In this document: positions 31,995-39,881 of the stretch, piece by piece | Layout: each line of letters starts with the position of its first letter | How positions within the stretch are numbered: the first letter of the stretch is position 1 | Assembly: GCA_032117235.1 (NCBI GenBank) | Contig: JAULZW010000012.1 | Location: forward strand, 3,230-67,229 | Direction of reading: 5' to 3' | Origin: Minisyncoccota bacterium | Lineage (GTDB): Bacteria; Patescibacteriota; Minisyncoccia; SW-4-49-11 | DNA length: 64,000 bases | The notes under the pieces: model-generated | What the model was told of the DNA's origin: nothing | The model's database searches: none | Seen by the model: the letters and a program-made list of their open reading frames with translations, nothing else | Program-made: the position numbers and the translations under genes

Positions 31995-32547
31995 TATGTA
32001 ATTCTACTTTTCTATTGTCCTCAGCAAATTTTAAGATAATATCTTTCGCCTTATAGGGATATGGGATATTATCAAAGAATAATATCCTCTGATCCGCTCC
32101 AGCGGTCTGTATTCGCACATCTCCAAAGTTTAAAATACTAGCAAAAAATCCTTTTGCCACTACTTCTATATCTTGGACATTTCCAATATCTGCCTCGGAG
32201 ACTTTGCGATTAAAAAAATCAATTTGATCAATAGTCAAGACTCTCTGATTAGTTACAATATAAGCATCAAGATAATAATGTGTCCAAGTCAAAAAAGCAG
32301 TATATAAAATAAAGATAATAATCAAAGTTATAATAAAATCAAAAATTGATACTATAAAAGGGTCTTGTAATATGGCTATATTATTAGGTAAAATATTAGA
32401 TGAAATTAATAATATGACTAAAAGAATTAGATTTAGTATATATGGAACTATTAAGAAAAAAATTGACCTTCTAAATACAATCTTTACTTCTTCATCTTTA
32501 TGTTGACCTGGAAAATGTAGATGTTTACCTGTAATTCTATCCAGCAT
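31915..32547 (-). CDS. Bacterial PH domain membrane protein
   Basis: Two TMs then YIVTNQRV...VQDI...ILNFGDVRIQTAG. Confidence 0.85.
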   Translation of the reverse strand: MLDRITGKHLHFPGQHKDEEVKIVFRRSIFFLIVPYILNLILLVILLISSNILPNNIAILQDPFIVSIFDFIITLIIIFILYTAFLTWTHYYLDAYIVTNQRVLTIDQIDFFNRKVSEADIGNVQDIEVVAKGFFASILNFGDVRIQTAGADQRILFFDNIPYPYKAKDIILKFAEDNRKVELHNAYTYDPTKTDPNSKSQDNNNNTQNS

Positions 32548-32551
32548 ATTT

Positions 32552-32758
32552 TTAATTAGTTAAATTCAAAATAGTTTGTAAATTCGTATACAGTAAAATC
32601 AATAATAATACACTACCTACAATGTAAGCAATGGTAGACACTAACCCTACTTTAGTATTTATCCCAAAAGCAAAAATATGATAAATCATAACTGAACTAC
32701 CTATAATATAGGCTAAAAGTATAATTATATATGTAATAACAAATAATTGATTAGACAT
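32552..32758 (-). CDS. Small two-TM hypothetical protein
   Basis: 68 aa, tightly packed between ruvB and the PH-domain gene. Confidence 0.65.
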   Translation of the reverse strand: MSNQLFVITYIIILLAYIIGSSVMIYHIFAFGINTKVGLVSTIAYIVGSVLLLILLYTNLQTILNLTN

Positions 32759-32769
32759 AAATTTTTAAA

Positions 32770-33768
32770 TTAGAGGTTTTTAGGTGGTAATTTACCAAAA
32801 TACTCATAACACAAGCTAGTCACCATTCTACCTTTGGGAGTTCTTTGTAAAAGTCCCTGTCGCATCAAAAATGGCTCATAAATTTCCTCTATAGTCACAG
32901 TCTCCTCCGAAGTGGAAGCTGCCAAAGTAGACAATCCTACTGGACCACCATTAAAGATATTCATAATAGTCTCAAGAATTTTTCTATCCCCTGCCTCAAG
33001 GCCTTTATCATCTACATCCAGCAGGTCAAAAGTCTCTTTAATAACTTTATCATCAATCACTCCGTCATTATGAACTTCCGCAAAATCTCGTACTCGCTTT
33101 AATAATCTATTGGCTACTCTGGGAGTATGGCGACTTCTAGTAGCAATATGCTGATAAACCTCTGGAGAGTCCGCTTTGACCGACAAGATATTACTAGACC
33201 GCTTCAAAATATCTATAATATGGTCCTGATTATAAAAGTCAAAACTATAAATATTCCCAAAACGACTACGGAATGGCCCAGATAATGAGCCGAATTTAGT
33301 AGTAGCTCCAATCAGAGTAAATTTTGGCAAATCAAGTCTCAAAGTTCGAGCAGATGGCCCCTTACCCACAATAATATCCAAGACGAAATCCTCCATAGCT
33401 GAGTATAAAATCTCTTCTAAAGTCTTAGACAGACGATGAATTTCATCAATAAACAAAATATCCCCAGCCTCAATATTAGTTAGTATGGAAGCCAAGTCTC
33501 CCGCCTTCTCAAGAGCCGGACCCGAAGTAACCTTCATATTAGACCCAAGATACTTGGCAATCAGATAAGCTAAACTAGTCTTACCAAGTCCAGGAGGACC
33601 ATAGAATAAAAGATGATCTAGAGCCTCCCCCCTTTTTTGAGCCGCTTGAATAGAGATAGAAAGATTTTTTTTAATTTGATCTTGCCCAATATACTCCTCA
33701 AAAGTCTGTGGCCGCAAACTCTGATCTATACTACTATCTTCTTGTATTTCTTTTGATGATGTAATCAT
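32770..33768 (-). CDS. ruvB: Holliday junction branch migration helicase RuvB
   Basis: LRPQTFEEYIGQ, GPPGLGKT, FIDEIHRL, RTPKGR. Confidence 0.98.
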   Translation of the reverse strand: MITSSKEIQEDSSIDQSLRPQTFEEYIGQDQIKKNLSISIQAAQKRGEALDHLLFYGPPGLGKTSLAYLIAKYLGSNMKVTSGPALEKAGDLASILTNIEAGDILFIDEIHRLSKTLEEILYSAMEDFVLDIIVGKGPSARTLRLDLPKFTLIGATTKFGSLSGPFRSRFGNIYSFDFYNQDHIIDILKRSSNILSVKADSPEVYQHIATRSRHTPRVANRLLKRVRDFAEVHNDGVIDDKVIKETFDLLDVDDKGLEAGDRKILETIMNIFNGGPVGLSTLAASTSEETVTIEEIYEPFLMRQGLLQRTPKGRMVTSLCYEYFGKLPPKNL

Positions 33769-33854
33769 AGATTACGATAATTATATAATATAATTATATC
33801 ATATTTTGAGGGGTTTGTATATAGTTTGGATAAGATAAGAGTGGGCTAAGATTT

Positions 33855-35078
33855 TTATTCATAAAATATAATTTCTCTTGTCCCGAAATTATATGCATTA
33901 AATACAATGTCCCATTCTTTAATAATATCATCAAGCTTTACTTCTTCTCTTGACTTATTATCATATAATGATTGTACATAATATTTTACATTATCATTTA
34001 AACTACATCCTTCATTAGCTAATCTGTATAGAACTGACTTATTGTCAGGTGAAAAACTAATAGGAGTCATAGGTTCTTCTGGGTTTCCTTTAAATGAAGC
34101 TATTTCTTTACCTGATAATGTCTCTAATACACTATATGAGTTTGGCAGTACGGTAGTATCATCTTCCCCATAACATGTTGGGAACCCTCTTGTAGTAAAT
34201 GTTTTAGGCTTAGTAAATAATGTATTATCAGTGTTGAATAAATCTATTCTTTCTGAAAGTAAAGAAAATTTTTGATTTGGAAAGGCTGATATTGTTTTAT
34301 TATCTTTATTAAATATATAGAACTCTTGTCTGAAGGAAGGGTTTTTTGTCGTAGTTTCTAAAGAATAACTTAATAAAATCTTATTTTCAGGCAACCACCT
34401 AGGATTGAATATTCCTGAGCGGGTTGTTACTGTTTTAATGATTTCATTTTTTTGACTTTCAATATTATACAAATAAAAATCATAATTTTTATCTCTATTA
34501 TTAGATTTGTATTTAGATCTTAGGAAAAATACTTCTTTAGAATTAGGAGAAAATATTGGATATTCTATATTAAAACCTGATTTAGATACAAGAATATCTC
34601 GAGTTTCTTTAGTCTCTATATTGAATAATTGTAATTTATCAGAACCTGAACCAGATCCATCATATGCATCTTCATACGAAATAAGTAAATTTTTTCTGTC
34701 TGGACTAAGGTCTACATTATAAGGTACAAATTGACCAACTAATGCATCTCTAAGCTCTAAGGTGGTCAAAAGTTCAGGATTAACATCATTAATAGTTCTT
34801 AAAACTTTTATATCCCAATTATCACCACTTTCATCAACTTTAACTTGCTCTGTATATATCTTTACTTTACTCTTTTCATTCTCCTCTACTGGCTCTGGTT
34901 CCACTACTTTTGGATCTGTATTAGCTGGTGCTGGGGATGGTGCTGGGGATGGCTCTATAACACTTACCTCAGCTATTGGCTCCTTGTTCATATCCCATAA
35001 TAGATACCCAAATACTGCTAAAATTACAAATATTATCCCGAAACCGATTATTGTTAATTTATCTTTTTCCCAATTCAT
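33855..35078 (-). CDS. Membrane-anchored surface protein, TolB/beta-propeller-like C-terminus
   Basis: N-terminal TM, Pro-rich linker, repeated LSPD/FSPN/FSPD blade motifs. Confidence 0.7.
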   Translation of the reverse strand: MNWEKDKLTIIGFGIIFVILAVFGYLLWDMNKEPIAEVSVIEPSPAPSPAPANTDPKVVEPEPVEENEKSKVKIYTEQVKVDESGDNWDIKVLRTINDVNPELLTTLELRDALVGQFVPYNVDLSPDRKNLLISYEDAYDGSGSGSDKLQLFNIETKETRDILVSKSGFNIEYPIFSPNSKEVFFLRSKYKSNNRDKNYDFYLYNIESQKNEIIKTVTTRSGIFNPRWLPENKILLSYSLETTTKNPSFRQEFYIFNKDNKTISAFPNQKFSLLSERIDLFNTDNTLFTKPKTFTTRGFPTCYGEDDTTVLPNSYSVLETLSGKEIASFKGNPEEPMTPISFSPDNKSVLYRLANEGCSLNDNVKYYVQSLYDNKSREEVKLDDIIKEWDIVFNAYNFGTREIIFYE

Positions 35079-35094
35079 AGTTTATGATTTAGTT
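34960..35094. repeat. 135-bp direct repeat, copy 1 (5' UTR plus first about 39 codons)
   Basis: Near-identical to 35941-36075. Confidence 0.9.
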
Positions 35095-35105
35095 TATTAT
35101 ATTTA

Positions 35106-36059
35106 CTACAAAACCTCTATTGTACTGAGAATGGTGTACATTATATTAGTGGCTTTCATCTCTTCATTTTCTGGATATGCAGATTGTGTGATAATTGCAA
35201 ACTTATCATTACCTAAATCAATTACAAATACTAGCTGATTATCAAATTCAATTTCTGGATCATCCATATTGTTTTCAGAATAATCTTGAGACCCAATAGC
35301 AATAGGATATTTAATCAATTGAGATGCCTTGTCTGTACTAATAAATGGATTCTTATATTGTAAAATTTCTTTTCCACTAACTCTTAAATTAATAATATCT
35401 ACTATTTTTTGAGATTCTCTACCTTTCGATGAAGAATTATATGCTATAAACTTTTCATCTGTACTACATTTCTCATCTAGAGTATATGGTGTCATACCTT
35501 CAGTCGGTATTATTGTATAGTTACACGTTTGATTTAATAATATATTTTCTATATCACTTAAATTTAACTCGGAAGTTTCCACAATATCAATATTTATTCT
35601 ACCTCGTGCTGGATCATAAGGCCCACCCCCACAATTAATACAATCATTAATACTTATCTTATCATACCCCTTTCCCAGTCTTTCTTTATTGTCTACTCCA
35701 AACATTAATCCGCCTATATCATATTTACCTAAATCGAAATGAGGGTCTAAAAATGATGAGTCTCCACTTCTATTATCTAAATCTTTATTCATTACCTTAT
35801 ACCTGATACCCACATCTCCCAATTTAGTCTCTCGGTATTCCCAACCTGTTGTATCTACTTTTGTAATAGGATATTCTGGTAAATCTTTTTTCTCTACTGG
35901 TTTTGGTATAACTGGAGATAGGGTTGGAGCTGGATCCGTCACACTTACCTCAGCTATCGGCTCTCGGTTCATATCCCATAATAGATACCCGAATACTCCC
36001 AAGATTACAAATATTATCCCGAATCCGATTATTGTTAATTTATCTTTTTGCCAATTCAT
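35106..36059 (-). CDS. Membrane-anchored surface protein sharing its N-terminus with 33855..35078
   Basis: MNWQKDKLTIIGFGIIFVIL...; VDTTGWEY (PsbP-like CPR motif); four Cys. Confidence 0.7.
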   Translation of the reverse strand: MNWQKDKLTIIGFGIIFVILGVFGYLLWDMNREPIAEVSVTDPAPTLSPVIPKPVEKKDLPEYPITKVDTTGWEYRETKLGDVGIRYKVMNKDLDNRSGDSSFLDPHFDLGKYDIGGLMFGVDNKERLGKGYDKISINDCINCGGGPYDPARGRINIDIVETSELNLSDIENILLNQTCNYTIIPTEGMTPYTLDEKCSTDEKFIAYNSSSKGRESQKIVDIINLRVSGKEILQYKNPFISTDKASQLIKYPIAIGSQDYSENNMDDPEIEFDNQLVFVIDLGNDKFAIITQSAYPENEEMKATNIMYTILSTIEVL

Positions 36060-36075
36060 AATTTATGATTTAGTT
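35941..36075. repeat. 135-bp direct repeat, copy 2
   Basis: Near-identical to 34960-35094. Confidence 0.9.
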
Positions 36076-36097
36076 ATATTATATTTTCTCATCTTTA

Positions 36098-36125
36098 AGT
36101 ATACCCCCCCCCCCGATTTTGTCCA
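36098..36125 (-). promoter_or_regulatory. Sigma70-like promoter with a G11 tract in the spacer
   Basis: Minus strand TGGACA-AAATC(G)11-TATACT; spacer 16 nt. Confidence 0.7.
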
Positions 36126-36150
36126 GATTACTTATCCACAATTATAGCTT

Positions 36151-36978
36151 TTATTTTTTTAATTGTATCTCATATATTTGTGGCCAGAGTTTACCCGTTA
36201 TGAATACGGTATCGGTACTCGCTTTATAGGCAATACCATTTAACTCAGCTATATTGGGGTCTTTCTCTCGTGCTTGTGCGACGATATCGGACAAATCTAA
36301 TACCCCTAGTATTTCCCCATTATCAGGATTAATTTTGACAATTTTGTTGGTCTGATAAATATTGGCATATATGTAGCCAGCGACATATTCTAGCTCATTT
36401 AGATTATATTGAGGGCTATTCTGATACTTGACTGAGATTTGTCTTTTGGCTACAAAATCATTGAGATCAAGATAGGTTATTTTATCTGTGCCATCACTCA
36501 TAATTAGATTCTCTCCATCATTGGTCAATCCCCAACCTTCTCTACTCTCAAATTCAAAAGTCTGAATTTGCTCAAAAGTTTTAGCATCATAGACGAATCC
36601 TTTTTGATTCTTATAGGTGAGCTGATATATTTTATTATTGAGTATTGTACTCCCCTCTCCAAAATAGATATTACGGTCAAGTTCAGTTTTGATATCAATA
36701 TTACCTGTCTCTAAATCTAATGGACCTAGAATTGATTGTGTCTGTGGTAAATAGTCTGGCGAGCCAGTACTTTCATACAGTGTGTCTCCATAAAAAAATA
36801 ATCCCTGAGTATATGAATTAATATTATGAGGGTATTGATTAATTATCCTATATGAGAGAGATAGTATTTGGGGTGATTGATTATGGTTAAAGCTCCTATA
36901 GCTAATAATACCACCAAGTATACAAATACAAGATATAGCGATAAGAATAGCTATTCTTTTGTGATACCAATAAATCAT
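36151..36978 (-). CDS. Glutaminyl-peptide cyclotransferase (type I, bacterial/plant)
   Basis: YTQGL, YESTG, YFGEG, EGWGLT, SDG, NELE, LNGIA, TGKLWP. Confidence 0.93.
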   Translation of the reverse strand: MIYWYHKRIAILIAISCICILGGIISYRSFNHNQSPQILSLSYRIINQYPHNINSYTQGLFFYGDTLYESTGSPDYLPQTQSILGPLDLETGNIDIKTELDRNIYFGEGSTILNNKIYQLTYKNQKGFVYDAKTFEQIQTFEFESREGWGLTNDGENLIMSDGTDKITYLDLNDFVAKRQISVKYQNSPQYNLNELEYVAGYIYANIYQTNKIVKINPDNGEILGVLDLSDIVAQAREKDPNIAELNGIAYKASTDTVFITGKLWPQIYEIQLKK

Positions 36979-36982
36979 ATAC

Positions 36983-37528
36983 TTACTTTTCTAATTTCTT
37001 GAGAATAGTTTGTAATAATTCTAATTGTTGAGTCTGAATAGTATAAAGACTTTTAATTTGCTCATCAAATAATAAGTCGATTTTTTGGTGAAGTCCCCTT
37101 ACCTCAATTTCTGCTTTGAGATTAACAAGATAATCATTTTCTGCTCTTTGCCTATCTTTTTCTTCTTTGCGATTTTGACTCATCATAATAATAGGAGCTT
37201 GGAGAGCTGCAATACACGATAATACCAAATTCATCAGGATAAATGGATAAGGGTCAAATCTAAATACTCCCGTCATTACAATATTAAATATAATCCAGAT
37301 GGCAAGTAAGGTTAAAAAAGTAATAATAAATTTCCAACTACCTCCAAATTGAGCAACTTTATCAGATAAAGATTGACCACGGGTAAGTGTCTTTGTCGGT
37401 GGATTAAGAAGATGTTTGAGAATAAGTCTCTCCTCTTTAATACTATCTTCTACAATAGCATTAAGATCTTGTAAGTATTTTTTTTGCTCTTTTACAATTG
37501 CATTTATTTGTTTTTGATCTGGGCTCAT
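36983..37528 (-). CDS. DUF1003 membrane protein
   Basis: FGGSWKFI, FDPYPFILMNL, QAPIIMMSQNR, NLKAE. Confidence 0.92.
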   Translation of the reverse strand: MSPDQKQINAIVKEQKKYLQDLNAIVEDSIKEERLILKHLLNPPTKTLTRGQSLSDKVAQFGGSWKFIITFLTLLAIWIIFNIVMTGVFRFDPYPFILMNLVLSCIAALQAPIIMMSQNRKEEKDRQRAENDYLVNLKAEIEVRGLHQKIDLLFDEQIKSLYTIQTQQLELLQTILKKLEK

Positions 37529-37548
37529 ATAATTTTTTATTAGTTAAA

Positions 37549-37753
37549 TTTATCATTCTCTAGCTTCGCTGCTCGAATGCAGGGACTCGGTCACAAGTAA
37601 TTTACCTGACGGTAAATTCTCGCTACCCCGTCTCGCCGTGTTCGCCTTGCGCATAGCACAAACTCACACATGGCTCCGACTTTCTCGTCCTGACTAAAGC
37701 CAATAAATTGGCTTTATCATTCTCTCGCTTCGCTGTTCGAATGCAGGGACTCG
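37549..37753 (-). repeat. 41-bp direct repeat (tRNA-Gln 3' end plus trailer) around a 123-bp structured insert
   Basis: 37549-37589 and 37713-37753 differ at 2 positions. Confidence 0.9.
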
Positions 37754-37806
37754 AACCCCAATTGCTGGTGCCAGAAACCAGTGTCCTACCGTTAGACGAC
37801 ATTCGA
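37736..37806 (-). tRNA. tRNA-Gln(CTG), CCA not encoded
   Basis: Cloverleaf with acceptor TCGAATG/CATTCGA, D arm GTC..GAC, anticodon arm CTGGT-TTCTGGC-ACCAG, T loop TTCGAGT. Confidence 0.93.
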
Positions 37807-37818
37807 TTTACATTTTTT

Positions 37819-37847
37819 ATTATATATTATATAAGACTATGTTTCAA
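37819..37847 (-). promoter_or_regulatory. Promoter of tRNA-Gln
   Basis: TTGAAA-17 nt-TATAAT, 12 nt upstream of the tRNA. Confidence 0.65.
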
Positions 37848-38356
37848 GCTAAAGGTTTTTGTGTTTTAAAATTCCCCTCTTGAGGGGTGGAGTATTTTGC
37901 AACTTGAATTTTTGTCTCCCTTTGGAGGGAGTACCCGCAAGGGGGAGGGTGGATAAAGTTTAATCTATAAATCTTATGTAAGAATTTTAATCTAATTATG
38001 TTGTGCCACCTCCTCCACCTGTCTACCTTAGGTAGAAGGGAGGACAATATTATCAGATACCCAAGATAAAATAAGATATAAATATTATAATTCAAGCTAG
38101 CTTCCCCTCCTGATACATAAACTATACCATTTATTCTACTTAATTCTTTTGTTAAAATACTGTATAAAAACCAGCCTAAACCTATTTGAATAAGATAAAT
38201 GAAAGAGAATTTCCAATTTTTAATAAATTGATATAGGTATATTAGTGGCATAATAAATACTACACTAAAAAATAGTGAAAGTGCAAAAGTAAATGGTACT
38301 AAAGCTAATGCTATTATTAGAACTATAAGTTTTATATAAAATACTATTTTAAACAC
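37844..38356 (-). CDS. Membrane protein whose C-terminal about 60 codons read through the repeat cluster
   Basis: Hydrophobic first about 108 aa; tail (LLPKVDRWRRWH...IHPPPCGYSLQRE...TPQEGNF) is translated repeat DNA. Confidence 0.55.
   Translation of the reverse strand: MFKIVFYIKLIVLIIALALVPFTFALSLFFSVVFIMPLIYLYQFIKNWKFSFIYLIQIGLGWFLYSILTKELSRINGIVYVSGGEASLNYNIYILFYLGYLIILSSLLPKVDRWRRWHNIIRLKFLHKIYRLNFIHPPPCGYSLQRETKIQVAKYSTPQEGNFKTQKPLA
37867..37890 (+). repeat. REP-like repeat family A, half copy
   Basis: taaaattcccctcttgaggggtgg, identical to 41199-41222. Confidence 0.9.
37908..37956 (+). repeat. REP-like repeat family B copy
   Basis: tctccct-ttgg-agggag, ccc-gcaa-ggg, then gggtggataa. 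Confidence 0.85.
38003..38046 (-). repeat. REP-like partial repeat (type C)
   Basis: Minus strand tgtcctcc...ggaggaggtggcac resembles 41160-41184 (tgtcctaccttggaagaggtggcac). Confidence 0.5.
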
Positions 38357-38360
38357 ATTA

Positions 38361-38762
38361 TTATTTAATCCTCAACATAAGTGACATAATAGATTTGAAA
38401 ATAATTGACATAAAAAATAATAAGAAGAATATAGGTTGTATATTATAATAAGTTGGATTTTGTATGTATCCGATCGCCTCCATAGATATAGTTGGTGGAT
38501 ACAGTATCCCAAGGATATATAGTCCAATAACTACCAAAAGCGCAGCTCCATAGAACCATATATACTTTTTGACCTTATATCCCTTAATTAAAAAATTGAT
38601 ATCTAAAAAAATTGCTATTAGTATATTAATTACAAATATAAGCCCAGTCACAAACCAGACCCCCATATTTATCACTTGACCAAATAAAGAAGAGTTTATC
38701 ATAATCTCTATCATTATTAGAGAAGTTATAATTAACATTATGTTGACTATTTTATACAGCAT
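38361..38762 (-). CDS. Four-TM hypothetical membrane protein
   Basis: 133-aa hydrophobic ORF starting 12 nt after the lectin gene stop. Confidence 0.65.
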   Translation of the reverse strand: MLYKIVNIMLIITSLIMIEIMINSSLFGQVINMGVWFVTGLIFVINILIAIFLDINFLIKGYKVKKYIWFYGAALLVVIGLYILGILYPPTISMEAIGYIQNPTYYNIQPIFFLLFFMSIIFKSIMSLMLRIK

Positions 38763-38774
38763 ATTCGTATAACA

Positions 38775-39881
38775 TTATAAAGCTTTATAAATATTTCCTG
38801 GATAAAAACACCCAAATTGAGCCTGAGGATTATAATCAGGATCATTATGAGATTCCCCCCAATTAGTTCCTTTGTTATAATTGTTATATAATGCAGTTGA
38901 GTATGCAGCACAGTTTCGAGAGCATACATGATAATTTTGATTCACATAATCACCTATATTATATCCTCTCATATACTTAATTTCTTCAAGTCTTTGCTTT
39001 GGAATGGCTGATGTCACCCTTCTATAACCTCCAAACTCTCCTCCCAAAAAATTGATATTAAGATCTCCATTCAACCAGTCACTGTGATGGTCTGTTTGTA
39101 AATATGCAAAACTACCATTATAATTTATTCTAGCATGCATATTATTAGTTTTTCCCATATCATTACTATTATTACTATCTCTAGTATTCCAAAAGCTAAA
39201 TGTATTAGTATTCCTCCAATAGTTGTTTGATTTCTCTAGTTTAGGAAGTGAAACAAAGGCATGACCAGTAAGATTGTCGCTTGTATATTGACTCATGGAT
39301 GCATGTAGTCTTATAAAATACTCAAATTTTCCAAAATCTTCTTCTCCTATTTGAAATTTTTGATTAGACCCTCCATTACATTGCCAGAGATGCAATGTAC
39401 TTCCTTGAGCTATACCTGCACTAGCATCAAGACAATAATTATGATTATTAAGTGGTTTTATCTCTCCAGTTGGAAAAGCAATCCATTTTTGAGCTTCAGT
39501 TCCATTACATGAATATAATTGTATTTTTGTACCATTTCTATATTCATTTCTATCTCTATCTAAACAAAAACTTTGATTATTAGCATATTTAATTTCACCA
39601 CTTTCATCTATAAATTTAAATTTCTGAGCATTACCTCCATTTGCTTGCCAGAGATGAAATCCATTTCCATTATATACACCATTACCCTTTAAGTCTATTC
39701 TAAGACCGATACTAGATCTTGGATATATAATTAAATCTGCTATAAAGTTATTAAGAGAACCTGCTTGCACTTCAGGCATAAGCATACTAATAGCTCTTTG
39801 TTTTAGCTCTTCTCTTTTCCAAATTTTATCTAGACCCAATTCTTTAATTTGTTTTCTCTCTTCTAAAATTTCATAATTCAT
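38775..39881 (-). CDS. Ricin-B lectin domain protein with a C-terminal putative papain-like (His...Asn-Cys) domain
   Basis: Three ricin subrepeats (LWQANGGNAQKF, CLD..LYSCNGTEAQKW, CLD..LWQCNGGSNQKF); GHAF...YHVCSRNCAAYS. Confidence 0.75.
   Translation of the reverse strand: MNYEILEERKQIKELGLDKIWKREELKQRAISMLMPEVQAGSLNNFIADLIIYPRSSIGLRIDLKGNGVYNGNGFHLWQANGGNAQKFKFIDESGEIKYANNQSFCLDRDRNEYRNGTKIQLYSCNGTEAQKWIAFPTGEIKPLNNHNYCLDASAGIAQGSTLHLWQCNGGSNQKFQIGEEDFGKFEYFIRLHASMSQYTSDNLTGHAFVSLPKLEKSNNYWRNTNTFSFWNTRDSNNSNDMGKTNNMHARINYNGSFAYLQTDHHSDWLNGDLNINFLGGEFGGYRRVTSAIPKQRLEEIKYMRGYNIGDYVNQNYHVCSRNCAAYSTALYNNYNKGTNWGESHNDPDYNPQAQFGCFYPGNIYKAL

Noticed and set aside
36132-36140. Perfect DnaA box TTATCCACA
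   Set aside because: Single copy with no box cluster or dnaA/dnaN nearby, so not called oriC; at most a local regulatory site.
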